The notes: a model not told the origin generated them from the letters alone. DNA of 60,039 nt, filler included, from an uncultured virus (IMG/VR IMGVR_UViG_2502082094_000001) (8 parts of one record of this genome joined end to end with filler, not necessarily neighbours in it); one strand, 5' to 3'; positions 10,646 to 22,052 are shown, counted from the first letter of the whole stretch. Numbers and translations are program-made.

Positions 10646-11636
10646 TGTGCTTCTACCGTGTATGACTCTACAGACTGCACGCTTCCTGAATCGGACGGTT
10701 CTAGTGTAGTTAGCAGGGGCGGTACTTCAGGAGTGGACGATATGTTGAACTGGACATTAGACGTGCCTTCAGGGACAGTCACAGTACCTGCAGCCACAGA
10801 TCTAGTATAGTCGTTTGGGTCTCTAAAGGCTACGTTCATATCCTGCTGTTCTCTGCTCGATATAGCTAGCCCGACTTCGGCTTGGCTTGAGGACTCAGGA
10901 GGAGCTTGATTGATCACATTTGGTATGGTGTACCCTCCAAAGTCAGGGAATCTTACAGTATCATTAACTGGTGTTCCTGCTATCTCCTTAAACTGAGCAA
11001 CTTTTCCGTTCCACTGATAAGAGCCTGGGTCAGCGTCTACTCCACCCCAGCCAACGTTATCTTCATTGAATACTACTTTGGAACTGTTATTAGCAATCTC
11101 CACGTTCTGGTTGGGAGTTCTCATTGTTGCCGAGCCGCTAGAAGCCACGTTTCTTCCTGGAGTAGGGTCAAAGTTAAAGTCAGATACTCCTATGAGATCA
11201 TGCGGGGCCGTGGGGTCTCCTGTAGTAGTAGTTACACTACTATTCTGATTATACTCAGACTCCCATCCGGTGAGAACAGCTGCTTCGGCAGCAGATCTGT
11301 GCATCCAATCTACTATTTCTACACCATCAGACGGAGAACGTTGCCTGAACTCATCTATTAGATTCTCTGCTCTGAACTCTTTTGAAATATTAGGGAACAG
11401 AGGGAGTTGCGTAATGCGGATAATGGTCTAGCGCTACCCACACGTTCTACTGAAATATCAATAGATGATGATACTCCATCAACACCTTCAGTCATTGTGT
11501 CTCTAGTTACCCAAGATGGAAGCCGCATTCTAGTAGTCATATAACGTATCCCATCTTCATTCTCAGTTGTAAGTGGGTTATTGTATAACCTATCACCTAC
11601 TCCTCTAATCCGCTCCTTGATTATTGTGTCTTCCAT
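10642..11636 (-). CDS. Putative structural protein (ORFs 11358-11636 and 10642-11304 joined across a frameshift near 11400)
   Basis: The alternative frame FPNISKEFRAENLIDEFRQRSPSDGVEIVDW runs into MHRSAA and aligns with the paralog. Confidence 0.6.
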
Positions 11637-11687
11637 CAGTTTATATGTGAGTGGCCCAGAACATAAGGTTTTGGTAAAAGCTATGCT

Positions 11688-11948
11688 TCATTCTCCAATT
11701 GTTGACATAGACTTACGGTCTACTACTCTTATTCTCCACTTATTCATCAATCTGTCAGAGTCTACTTGCTCGACGTACTCAACTTTTTGCTCTCTTAACG
11801 GTATTAGACTCACTGCTCCTAGTCTAGCAGTCATCATTGCTCCGGGTTTACTACCAGCTCTAACTATAAGCTCTGCCATATCATCACCTTGGCTTCTTCC
11901 AAAGTCAACAACAGTCGACCTTGGACTTGAGAGTATTCTCAGTATCAT
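11688..11948 (-). CDS. Hypothetical protein
   Basis: ORF start overlaps the upstream stop codon (ATGA). Confidence 0.6.
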   Translation of the reverse strand: MILRILSSPRSTVVDFGRSQGDDMAELIVRAGSKPGAMMTARLGAVSLIPLREQKVEYVEQVDSDRLMNKWRIRVVDRKSMSTIGE

Positions 11949-12569
11949 TGAGAGAACCCTATATCCATTTCTTGTTTTTCTTCAGCAGCTTGGCTCATGC
12001 TACGCTTTCCATCGTTTGTGTCATTGTTGAGGGGAACTGGATTAACGTCTATGCTTTCATCAGGATCTCCCACGGTGACAGTCCCTGTAGCATTACCATC
12101 TCCTAGAGAGTTTCTAAACTCTGTCTGGACGTTTCCATAGAATGTTTCTTTATGCGTTTCACCTGGCTGAAGAACATCTGATGATATCTTATTGTTATTT
12201 GTAGACTCTATCTTGGCATCCGATCCAGACTCATTTGACCACACTACTGTTTCTCCAGTATCTATTTGTACGTTTGTTGGTTTGAACTCTCCGTCCGTAA
12301 TCTGGATCTCCATGCCATCCTGCTCACCCTGACTAAAGTCTAAGTCGTTATCATTTAGAGAGTCAATAGACTCTTCAATTTCATCTAAAACATCTCCAGA
12401 CTCACTTTCCTGTGAAGCAGTTGTGCCATTGCTGTTCGTATTTGATCGCTGTTTGTTATCAGACTCAAGTCTGTTTTTCTGTATTATTCTTGAACCAAGT
12501 GCTAATATACCGTTCCTAGATTGGAATCTTCTAACTAGTGGGAATGTCCAAGTAAATGAAGGCCCCACA
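11945..12569 (-). CDS. Cupredoxin/halocyanin-fold protein lacking copper ligands, 5' partial
   Basis: IQITDGEFKPTNVQIDTGETVVWSN...LQPGETHKETF...GTVTV; the His/Cys/His/Met ligands are absent. Confidence 0.6.
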
Positions 12570-12669
12570 NNNNNNNNNNNNNNNNNNNNNNNNNNNNNNN
12601 NNNNNNNNNNNNNTTAATTAATTAANNNNNNNNNNNNNNNNNNNNNNNNNNNNNNNNNNNNNNNNNNNN
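12570..12669. other. Artificial contig spacer (same type at 16569, 30646, 35371, 39653, 51166 and 54033)
   Basis: 100-nt N run with a central TTAATTAATTAA all-frame stop linker. Confidence 0.95.
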
Positions 12670-14513
12670 TTGGTAGAATCAGTCACAGTGAGTATTACAC
12701 TGTTAGAGCCAAACTCTTCAAATGTGTGTGATACCTGTTCTCCAGTAGCTGTAGTTCCATCGCCAAAGTCCCAATCATAGGACTCTATATCTTCATTGGG
12801 ATCAGTACTTGCTGAAGCATCAAATGTTATCTCATCTCCCACGGTCGGCTGCTCAGGCTCATACGTGAATACAGCATTTGGAGGCTTTTGCTCCTCTAAT
12901 ATCTTGGCTTTCCGAACAGCACTGTCTGCATTTATCTGGCCATGACCAAATCTGGCATCATGCCCCGTTACCGTGTTTACTTGAGTCATTCTAGGCAGCT
13001 TGGCCGTCGACTCTAATATACCCTCTATAGTTTCTCTTCTAGCATTACCCGTAATTGATGCTATAAGAGCGGCTACCCCAGCAGTCAGAGGCGCGGCTTC
13101 AGATGTACCTGCCCCAGATCCGCCATCGTTTGTACTCAAGTCTTTCTCCTTGTTCCCATACGGCACTACAGATGGAAGCAAGCATCCCACATCCGGCTTC
13201 GGGTTCTGTGTTACTGGACCACAAGTACCATAGCCATGACTTGAATATGTCTGAGCACTCTTGCCCTCGTATCTAAATGCAGCTACAGCAATTGAGGACG
13301 GCTTTGAGTTTGCCCCTGATATTGCGTTTGTAAGACCACTAAGTCTGTGGCCACAATACTGAGCCTCATTGCCAGCTGCGTATACTGCCTGATGGTCACT
13401 TCTACTACTCAACGCTTCTGAAATGTTTGCTTGTATAGATGAGCACAGGTTTTGTGATCTAGCAGAGCACAGAGGTATACCATATGAGTGGTTTGATATT
13501 ACAGGTTTATCTAAAGTCTTAACCCACCCAGCAAGCCAATCCCATGCCTCCTCTGTGTATACCATTGCTCCAGATGAATCGGTAAGCCGGGCTAGTAACA
13601 GATCAGCATTCTTTGCGACCCCGCTGTATTTTACTTTTTGGCCACCTTCGCCATCTGATGTTTCTTCAGCATTGCCCGCAGCGGAATAAGCAGTCATAGT
13701 ACCGTGCCCTTCTTCAGGTTTCGAGTATGCAGTGTCAACATCATCCCCGTGGAAGGTATCTATGACTCTATTACTCTGTACGAATTGTTTAGAGAACGAG
13801 GTATCAAATATGGCTACTACTGCGTTTGAACCAGTACTAACTTGCCACGCCTTTTCACCTTTTATCTTCTTTACAGCATCACCAACGTCAGGTTTACTAC
13901 TATCATCATCCAAAAAGTCAAGTGTAGAGCTTGCTACATCAAGTCCTAGGTTTCTCGGACCTGGAGTATTAACCGCGTATGACACATCAGCTCTCACTAC
14001 GCCGCGTAGATCTTCTATAGCATCAGTCACAGGGTTAGTTATGCTTCCAAGAAGATCATTTCTAATACCTGCCTCAAGCTCCCGTGAACTCGAATCTTGG
14101 AAGTTAAACAGTCCTGGCCTAAAGCTATCAATGAGACTTACTGTATCACCGTTTTGTGCTCTTTGTTCTAGTTTGTCTAGCTTTTGGAGCGTTCTATCCG
14201 ATATTTCTTGGCCAAAAGATCTAATATTTTCTATTACTGTCGAAAGTCTCTCAGCCTCAGCAACTATGACGCCCGTGTTAGACAGTACTCTGGTTTTGAA
14301 ATCAAGCTCGTTTAGCTTGTCTTGAACCTCCGACATTAGAGTATCCTCCACGGGGAGGTTGTCGATAAGTTTATCTGTTATATCATCTGCACTGTTTGCT
14401 ATATCCGATATTGAAGTGCCGTCACCTACTTCTACTACTATGCGCTGAGGTATGTACTTAAACTGTGGGCCTCCAGCGTTTCTCTTTGCCAAACTGCCTC
14501 TTACAGTAACCAT
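12670..14513 (-). CDS. S8 subtilisin-like protease with PKD domain(s), 3' partial
   Basis: VAIFDTS (Asp), GHGTMTA (His), AAGNE (oxyanion Asn), GTSEAAP (Ser); PKD motif YDWDFGDG. Confidence 0.9.
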
Positions 14514-14559
14514 TGTGTATACATATCTTAACCGCCAGCGTATTAAAAGGTATGGGGTA

Positions 14560-14865
14560 CTACTCTAGTCCTTGGTATACTTGATGTACAGAAGTCTGGG
14601 TTAGGCTGTCAAGATCTATCTCTTCAGTTTCCTGAAGTGAAGCAATTAAGTCCGCTATTGCTGGGTGTAGTGTGGGTTCATCGCTTGTTTGCTGTATTGT
14701 TTGTAGCACACTCAGCTCTATAACTCTACAAATCTGAGCTTTTGCTTCTTCTTCAGACTCAAATTGCTCTTTGAGCTTATCAAACATCACATCATACCCT
14801 GCGTCTAGATCAGCTGTAATCCATTCATCAGTACTGTCTGAGTCGTAGAGTACTAACTCTCCCAT
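14560..14865 (-). CDS. Hypothetical protein
   Basis: Acidic ORF with an upstream TTTTATA box. Confidence 0.65.
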   Translation of the reverse strand: MGELVLYDSDSTDEWITADLDAGYDVMFDKLKEQFESEEEAKAQICRVIELSVLQTIQQTSDEPTLHPAIADLIASLQETEEIDLDSLTQTSVHQVYQGLE

Positions 14866-14923
14866 ACGTACACTTATACATATCAGTATAAAAGGATTGT
14901 GATAAAATAAAACGAGTGTAGAA

Positions 14924-15139
14924 CTAGTCTACAGTGTTGAGCGCGGGAAGTACAGGATCATCAGGTAGATCTACAGGCCCAGTGCTATCTACCGCGTCAG
15001 CAAGCTCCTCTCGGAGTACAGGCATGTCTCTATTCCGTCTTGCAGTTCCAATAAGCGGTTCATGACCTAGAGCAGCAGGACCTGGATAATCAGGTAAGTC
15101 TAGGTTCTGACCTCCCATGCCGTAATCATCTTCTGGCAT
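14924..15139 (-). CDS. Small Pro/Asp-rich protein
   Basis: Acidic ORF with an upstream ATTTATA box. Confidence 0.6.
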   Translation of the reverse strand: MPEDDYGMGGQNLDLPDYPGPAALGHEPLIGTARRNRDMPVLREELADAVDSTGPVDLPDDPVLPALNTVD

Positions 15140-15398
15140 ACCAGAACATACGTTACTATGATATATAAATGTTGTTCACAATCTGTATGAGTGCTTATGC
15201 CAAAGTTAATCTTATTAAACTGGAAGACCACTTCAACTATGGTCCTCCCCGGCCAGTCTTAATCAGCGTCCGTCCCCGGTCGTCGTCGTATTTGTAGAAC
15301 ACCGGCAACGTGTCGGGAGCGTCCACTATCTCCATCTCGAACACCATAGAGGCCCGTGAGTGGCCCGGGAGCAAAGAGATTGGGGAGAGAAAACGAGA

Positions 15399-16421
15399 CT
15401 ACAGGTCGTGGCTATGCGCCCCGTTGAACGTTAAGTTCGCAGTAAAGTCCTCTGGCCCTGCCCCAAACGACTCGGTTGTCAGGACCACCTCGGTCGCGGG
15501 GCCGTTCACAACTAACGTTTTGTCCTCATCCACGTCCGGGTCTATCTTCTCAGCAAGCTTCTGACCTACCGCATCGTTCACGACTAGCTTTTCCAGGCTA
15601 GCGCCAAAACCCGTCTGGGTGATGTTGTAGCCTAACGTATCCACAATATAGCCGACGCGGAACGTCCGAGATTCCGTTTCGACCCCATCTGCCGACGAGT
15701 GGGAGAAGGTAAACGAGGCGGTGGCGGCCGTGGGAGACTGAGTGGACCCGCCCTGCTGTAGAAAGTTTGTGGAGTGATCGGCGTTCCCATGATTCTGTGA
15801 ATGATGGTCATTAGCAGAGACACCGCTTAACTGGTCATGGTTGCTTACTCCTGCGTCTATTTGGTTTTCATTGCCTTGATGAAATGCTGTATTCCCACCT
15901 ATTGTCGTCCCTGATAGCAAACTTGCGCCTGTTTCTACTTCTTTAGGAATTGTTTCGTGAGCCACTTCATAGTGATCGTGTACACGCTTGACAAGATCTT
16001 CATAAGATGTAGAACTGTTAAAGCTCCCTGAAGGATCTTTTTCAGTTGCATTAGTTACCGCGTCATCTCTCTCGTGTTGATGTACACACTGAGCGCATAC
16101 AACTCTTTTTTGCTTGCCTAGTTTGTCGTCAAAGTTGATATATCCATACGCCCCATCAAACTCTACAAACTCTACTACTCCAACATGTCTATTAACTTGG
16201 ATGACTGGATCAACAATATCTCCAACAAGATTACTTAAGCACTCTGTTGCCAGTTCTTCTCGAATATCAAGTTCGTCTTCGAGCAACTGCCGCCCCTCTT
16301 CTCGTTCAAAAAGTGTTCCCTCTCTATCGTGAAACACTTGAGCCGAGTCTTGTATATGATCTCGCCACTCATCTACATTATCGTCTGCGTTTTGAATGAA
16401 TGATTTAGCGTCCTTAGCCAT
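15399..16421 (-). CDS. Putative fibre/spike-anchor protein with GC-rich C-terminal module
   Basis: N-domain paralogous to 16669-16913 (VGDIVDPV); GTTIGGNTAFHQGN fibre-like junction; composition shift near 15800. Confidence 0.6.
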   Translation of the reverse strand: MAKDAKSFIQNADDNVDEWRDHIQDSAQVFHDREGTLFEREEGRQLLEDELDIREELATECLSNLVGDIVDPVIQVNRHVGVVEFVEFDGAYGYINFDDKLGKQKRVVCAQCVHQHERDDAVTNATEKDPSGSFNSSTSYEDLVKRVHDHYEVAHETIPKEVETGASLLSGTTIGGNTAFHQGNENQIDAGVSNHDQLSGVSANDHHSQNHGNADHSTNFLQQGGSTQSPTAATASFTFSHSSADGVETESRTFRVGYIVDTLGYNITQTGFGASLEKLVVNDAVGQKLAEKIDPDVDEDKTLVVNGPATEVVLTTESFGAGPEDFTANLTFNGAHSHDL

Positions 16422-16668
16422 AGCGCTATATTACCATTGTGTGTGATTAAAGGTTACTACTAGTAATAAAGTGCTGGTCTTTTTGTCCATTTTAAGGGCT
16501 TTCTACGTTAATTGTAAGATGTTGTGCGTCGAGAGATAAAAATCTATGTCGTAACGACGATAACGGGANNNNNNNNNNNNNNNNNNNNNNNNNNNNNNNN
16601 NNNNNNNNNNNNTTAATTAATTAANNNNNNNNNNNNNNNNNNNNNNNNNNNNNNNNNNNNNNNNNNNN

Positions 16669-16913
16669 CCAGATTTAGTTATTTGCTGAACAGGGTCTAC
16701 AATATCCCCCACGGTGTCGGATAATGCCAGATTAGCTCTATCAGAGCTCACATCTAGATGCTCACTTAACTCTGTTACCACGCCGTCCCGTGGGTAGAAC
16801 TCTCCTACATTACCATCTAAGAACCATTCAAGAGCATCTTCAGCTAACTCACCTCTTGTTTGGTGTTCCTGTCTTACTTTTTCAATCAGTTCATCTGGAT
16901 CTTTTGACTCCAT
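16669..16913 (-). CDS. Paralog of 15399-16421, 3' partial
   Basis: LSDTVGDIVDPVQQI versus LSNLVGDIVDPVIQV. Confidence 0.65.
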
Positions 16914-16951
16914 ATACACCCATTTATAACGACATTGTAATAAAGGGTGGG

Positions 16952-19063
16952 TTACAAGGCTGCTCCTTCGTTCAGTGAACCAGATAAATCAAGATCATCA
17001 TTCATTAAGAACCCTTCTGACGCATCGTATGCCAAAGTACTACTATTTTGAGGCGTATTAGACCACTCTTCATTCTGGAAGTCTACAAACCCAATATTAA
17101 TTGCACCTCTTGCGCTATCGCTATTACTTGGATCATCAAAGTCAATCCCATTCCCGTCTAGATCAAGCCGAGAGTTTGGATTTGCCCAATCGTCAAGCGA
17201 GCGGTTTTGTGTGTTTAGATTAGTAACGTGTCCTCTTCCATCAAGATTAATGTCGTCTATTACAGTAGCACCACCTGTACTTACATTCCCCTGGTTACTT
17301 GTGTTAGCGTGGTTTATTGTAGTAGAGGATCCAAGGCTTACTCCGCCTCCACCTGTTAAGTCTGTGCCTGTTGAAACAGTAACGCTACTATTTTGTAGGC
17401 GACCCTGCGGTATATATGCTTCACTCTCATCCCATATGACTGCCCCACTGCCACCAGAATTAGATACTAAGTCTGAATCAAGCTCAAATGAACCAGACAC
17501 ACCTATATTCACTGAACTGCCAAGAGATACAGTCCCTCCATTAAGACCATTTTGACCATTAATTGTTACATCAGTATTAGTCAAGCTTATACTTACTGCT
17601 GAGCCTCCCAAACTAAAGTCTCCACCACCACTTATGCCTGTTCCAGCACTCAGGCTCACGGTATCACTTTCTAGCGCACTTAGAGGGATATAACCATTCC
17701 CACTATCCCATATAGTATTAGAACCATCTACTAGATCGTTTGAGTTAACATTTATATTCTCTAGAAGCCTGAACTCCTGGTTTTGTATACCACCACTCCC
17801 GTCAGCCTCAGCGAATATTTTTGCTATTCCTGAATCATTCACAGCAAACGAGTATGACATCTCGTCTCCTAAACCAGATGCAGAAGACACGTTAAAGTCT
17901 ACTAGCTGTTCTACTCCAGAGTCATCAGGATATGTAATATCTTCACCGCTCCGTATCCCGAAGTTTAGCAAGCGGTTGTTATGAAGATCTATTTCGACTG
18001 GTGTTGACGTAGCATCAAGACCTACTTGCTCATTACCAGATGGATCTTGTATACTTATATCACCAGTTATAATATCATCTACTTGGTTAGTGTCTCCCTC
18101 AAGTGCAAAGCTACCTTTTATCTCTCCTACAGCGTTCTGTATACCTCCAGTGCCATCGGTTTCTGCTCTGACTACAAATATAGACTCTCCACCTATATCG
18201 AATGTAAACTCTTGTCTAACTCCTGCTGATACAGTATCATCAACTGGTATGTTGGCTAGGGTCTGAGCTCCTGCATTAGTCGGATACAATACTGATCTCG
18301 TATTTTGAAGCGCTATATCTCTATCGCCAAAGCCTATAGCAGAAGCAAGAGATACTGTAGTCCCCTGTCCGATTGCTATTGAGCCTGTCCCCTGGGCTAC
18401 TGCCCCATTACCAAGTGCGGTAGCGTTATCAGCAGTAGCCTCACCATTAACACCCACTACGGTAGCTCCAACACCTGTAACGTTTACCCCTACTCCCACT
18501 GAAGTAGAGTCACTTGTGTCTACAGTCACACCACGTCCTACGACTGTGGTGTTCTCTCCTAGGGCTTCAGATGCTTGGCCAAATGCTGAAGCATTGTCTT
18601 CTACAGCCCTAGTAGCCTTACCAACTACAGTTGACTGGTTTCCATTTGCTGTAGCATCTTCACCAATTGCTACTGTATCGTCACCTCTTGCTTCTGATTT
18701 ACGTCCAACTAGTACTACGTTTTCTCCATTAAAGCTGCTTCCAGCGTCATACCCTATTACGGTATTCCAATTAGACGGAGCTGTAGTCTCAGTGCCTATA
18801 GCAGTAGCGTCTTGACCTGTAGCCTCTGCTCCTTTGCCATATGCGACAGTTCTACCATTGTTTGCTATTGCTCCTGTTCCAGTTGCTGTAGAGTCTGTCC
18901 CTGTAGCAACAACATTTCTACCAATACCTACAGTGTCTGGTAAAGTATCTGCATTGAGACCTATACGCACAGGATCTTGAATTAGATCTCCAACTAGCTC
19001 TATGTCACCTCTAATTACTCTCCCACCGCCAAAGTAGGCAGTAGGTTGTTCCATTAGTCCCAT
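16952..19063 (-). CDS. Long fibre/adhesin with YadA-head repeats and Gly-rich shaft repeats
   Basis: ATAIG-type repeats followed by AGTGISGGG.VSLG repeats; likely start MGLMEQP. Confidence 0.8.
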   Translation of the reverse strand: MGLMEQPTAYFGGGRVIRGDIELVGDLIQDPVRIGLNADTLPDTVGIGRNVVATGTDSTATGTGAIANNGRTVAYGKGAEATGQDATAIGTETTAPSNWNTVIGYDAGSSFNGENVVLVGRKSEARGDDTVAIGEDATANGNQSTVVGKATRAVEDNASAFGQASEALGENTTVVGRGVTVDTSDSTSVGVGVNVTGVGATVVGVNGEATADNATALGNGAVAQGTGSIAIGQGTTVSLASAIGFGDRDIALQNTRSVLYPTNAGAQTLANIPVDDTVSAGVRQEFTFDIGGESIFVVRAETDGTGGIQNAVGEIKGSFALEGDTNQVDDIITGDISIQDPSGNEQVGLDATSTPVEIDLHNNRLLNFGIRSGEDITYPDDSGVEQLVDFNVSSASGLGDEMSYSFAVNDSGIAKIFAEADGSGGIQNQEFRLLENINVNSNDLVDGSNTIWDSGNGYIPLSALESDTVSLSAGTGISGGGDFSLGGSAVSISLTNTDVTINGQNGLNGGTVSLGSSVNIGVSGSFELDSDLVSNSGGSGAVIWDESEAYIPQGRLQNSSVTVSTGTDLTGGGGVSLGSSTTINHANTSNQGNVSTGGATVIDDINLDGRGHVTNLNTQNRSLDDWANPNSRLDLDGNGIDFDDPSNSDSARGAINIGFVDFQNEEWSNTPQNSSTLAYDASEGFLMNDDLDLSGSLNEGAAL

Positions 19064-19099
19064 AACATTGTATACAAACGGGAGTGGGATAAATGGTTT

Positions 19100-19340
19100 G
19101 GTGCCTCGCGCGCGTGCGCGTAGCATGTAGCTACTGTAGAGAGTAACTACTGTAGAAAGTAGTAGCAAATTTTTAGAGCTCTACTGCTATAGCTTAGCGA
19201 CATGCTAAGATTAAAAGGAGGCAGAGGCATATGAGCGCCGCCAGGCGCTCATCGCCTCCTTTTAATCTTAGTATAAAGCTTTATAAAGTTACTAACGCGC
19301 GTGCGTGTGCGCGCGTGTGTGCCCACGCGGGCGTATAGGG
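19100..19340. promoter_or_regulatory. Origin-like intergenic region: 18-bp perfect inverted repeat flanked by alternating purine-pyrimidine tracts
   Basis: CTAAGATTAAAAGGAGGC...GCCTCCTTTTAATCTTAG enclosing ATGAGCGCC/GGCGCTCAT; CTACTGTAGA twice; CGCGCGTGCG tracts; lies at a strand switch. Confidence 0.45.
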
Positions 19341-19546
19341 GATATAGCAAATCTCGACCCCATACCGTGGGGAATACTGTTAGATCTAGAGGCAATAATT
19401 AATTGTAAAAAGCAATATTCTATACCAAGTACCCATAACATTTATCCATGAAAAACGTATACCATGTACGTGTAAGACACTATGGAAAATGAAGCGCTTA
19501 TACTGGCACTGCTTATTATCTCAGTGCTAACAAGAGAGGAGAAAAT

Positions 19547-19783
19547 ATGATGAGGGTAGAGATCAACATGGGCAAGTCCATCAGAGGATTAGTCTCACAG
19601 TATGCGAACGAGAAGCATATAACAATGCCAGAAGCATACAAGCAACTAATCATTAATGGATTAGTAGTATCTGATGTAGAATTTCCTGCTTTTAGACCAG
19701 ATGTAGACATAGATGATGAGCTAGTCAAAGCGGCTAGTGTAAATAAGGACGACTACAGAATTGTGTTTGAAGATGCTGAATGA
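19547..19783 (+). CDS. RHH-like DNA-binding protein
   Basis: RVEINMG..IRGLVSQYANEKHITMPEAYKQLIING; partial duplicate at 5705-5808. Confidence 0.55.
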   Translation: MMRVEINMGKSIRGLVSQYANEKHITMPEAYKQLIINGLVVSDVEFPAFRPDVDIDDELVKAASVNKDDYRIVFEDAE

Positions 19784-20180
19784 GCATGTCTTCGACTCAA
19801 CTGTGCCCTATCAGTCAACTGTGAGATTGGAAAATAATCTGATGGAGTGGCTTGGCCACTCTATTGATAAGCTAACGGGGGACGGGTTCAATAAACAATG
19901 AATACGCTATTGGGGTATGCGCTAGTCTGGGTGTCGCTATTTATTCAAATTACCGGCACACGTATGGGGTTGAGGGCTGTTCGCTATATAGACATAGACT
20001 ATCGAGATCGCTATCATTGCCCTAGTAACAAGTCCATATTTGATTCTAGTAGCCTCAATTTTACTACCCTATATTTAAATACCGCTCGGTCCAATACGTT
20101 ATACGAGCAATGTGTAGATTCGCTATTAGCAAAAGCAATTCCTGTGGACAATCAGGTTAAGACACAGTGAGTAATACATA

Positions 20181-21695
20181 ATGGCAGTAATGGAGTGTCC
20201 ACATTGTGATAAGAGTATAGATAGCCTCACCCGTACTGGAGAGAAAAAGTACTCCTGTGGTGAGTGTAACATGGTCATCAAGTACGACTCTATACGACCA
20301 CACCTTGATGAGTTTGAAGTAACAGACAAAAGAGGAGGTGGAAGAAGTAATGATAGTAGCAACAATAGCAACAATTCTGGCTCTGGCTCTCAAAGTACTG
20401 CCAACCAGCCAGGAGCAGGACAGAGACCAGACCACCCAAGCTCACAAACAGAACGAGAGAGAATATACCAAAGAGGAACAGACGGGCTAAAGCAAATAAA
20501 GAAAGAGCGCTTAAAGAATTGGCTATCAACAGCCGAGGGAGCAGGAGCACAGACAGAAGAAAGGATTTCTATGATGTTCGATAGAAACGAGAGCATTCAT
20601 AACAATCCTAACGTTCTGTACAACCTGCTAGATGATGAACTTAGTGCTAGCCCTAGCTTCATCAATACTATGGTACAGGACGTGTTTCAACCTGAGCAAG
20701 ACCACGAAGATCTGTTACAATCTCAGGGATACCAGCCTTGGCATAAACGAGGAGGTCAGACGCCAAATCAGAGTCAGCAAAGGAATGTGGGAGGCCCAAT
20801 GAACGCTACTGGCTCAACTGGCTTTAATCCAAACCAAGGACAGCAGCAATCTGGTAGACAGTCTCAGAATCAGCAACAATCACAGGGGCAGCCTCAACAG
20901 AGTAACTCTCAAGGGTCATCACAATCTAATGATACTCTTACTAGAGAGGAGGCAGAGATGATGATGAACCAGGCAGTACAGAGAGCTAGTCAACAGGATC
21001 AGCGTAATGCTTTAATGTCTGGTTTATCCGATGCTACTGATCAAGCACTTCAGGAGATGGCTACTAATGTTGGAGGGTTAGCTGGTACTGTACAGAGAGT
21101 AATTGATGAAGCTCTAGTGGAGTACGCTAGACAGAACCCCGAGTGGGTAATTGAGAATATGGACATTCTTCAGAAGGTCATGGGAGCTACTGAAGATGCT
21201 GCAGGAGAGGGCAATCAAAGGAAGCAAGACCAACCAGAAGAGGACAAGAAAGTTGATAATGCTTTAGATGGTATAATGAACGATGATGGAGGCGCTGATA
21301 ACCCTTCTAGGAATACCCAGCAGCAGCAATCTGAGCCAGACCCGGAACCTGTAACTGACAGTTCTACGTCTGAACCTTCAAACTCTGAGCCACAGCCAGA
21401 CACAGGTACTCCCACGGACGATGCTCCAAAAGATGATCCTAACCCGGACTTGGATGATAAGCATCTTAATGACAGTGGATTTGAGCCTGAGTTTGACACT
21501 AAGAACTTCCAAGGTGATACTGCTGGATCAAGTCATAATGAAGACGATGCGGCGCAGGAAGAAGTAGAGAGTAGCCATGATGAAGTTGGTAGCACAGATG
21601 TACAAGAAAATGACGCAGATCCTGAACCAGATACACAGAGTCAAGACTCAGATGAAGGCTTTGACGAGATATTTGGTGATATGGCTGAGGACTAA
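20181..21695 (+). CDS. Zn-finger protein with Gln-rich and acidic disordered regions
   Basis: N-terminal CPHC...CGEC; 504-aa acidic ORF. Confidence 0.8.
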   Translation: MAVMECPHCDKSIDSLTRTGEKKYSCGECNMVIKYDSIRPHLDEFEVTDKRGGGRSNDSSNNSNNSGSGSQSTANQPGAGQRPDHPSSQTERERIYQRGTDGLKQIKKERLKNWLSTAEGAGAQTEERISMMFDRNESIHNNPNVLYNLLDDELSASPSFINTMVQDVFQPEQDHEDLLQSQGYQPWHKRGGQTPNQSQQRNVGGPMNATGSTGFNPNQGQQQSGRQSQNQQQSQGQPQQSNSQGSSQSNDTLTREEAEMMMNQAVQRASQQDQRNALMSGLSDATDQALQEMATNVGGLAGTVQRVIDEALVEYARQNPEWVIENMDILQKVMGATEDAAGEGNQRKQDQPEEDKKVDNALDGIMNDDGGADNPSRNTQQQQSEPDPEPVTDSSTSEPSNSEPQPDTGTPTDDAPKDDPNPDLDDKHLNDSGFEPEFDTKNFQGDTAGSSHNEDDAAQEEVESSHDEVGSTDVQENDADPEPDTQSQDSDEGFDEIFGDMAED

Positions 21696-21698
21696 AAC

Positions 21699-22052
21699 AT
21701 GCTAAACCGAGAAGAAATCATTCAGAACGCAATGGAAACGGTCATAGAAAGTACTGATCTAGACCCTGGTGAAGTAAACAGGAACATTACTAAGGTCATG
21801 CGAACTATGGAACAAGCTAATGAGCAATTTAAGGACATGGACGAGCATGTGAACCAATTGCTTGATGCTTCGGGTGAACTAAATAGTACTGGTACTCAAA
21901 TGGCTCAGGCATCAGTAGAAATGGCAAGAGCCTCTGAGGCTTTAGCAGAATCCGTACAAGATCTTAATGAAACTCAGGAAGAGCTAAGCTCAAACATGGA
22001 AGACTTACAAGACACACTTGATAGATTAGAAAACTACATGCCTGAAGAATAA
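21699..22052 (+). CDS. Coiled-coil protein
   Basis: Heptad-rich acidic ORF within the operon. Confidence 0.75.
   Translation: MLNREEIIQNAMETVIESTDLDPGEVNRNITKVMRTMEQANEQFKDMDEHVNQLLDASGELNSTGTQMAQASVEMARASEALAESVQDLNETQEELSSNMEDLQDTLDRLENYMPEE

Noticed and set aside
19064..19168. N-terminal extension MLLLSTVV...RARARG of the fibre ORFs
   Set aside because: Translation of the alternating-repeat non-coding tract; MGLMEQP is the more plausible start.
19838..19865. Second hammerhead (CTGATGG plus hairpin)
   Set aside because: Core mismatch and no GAAA; simple hairpin only.
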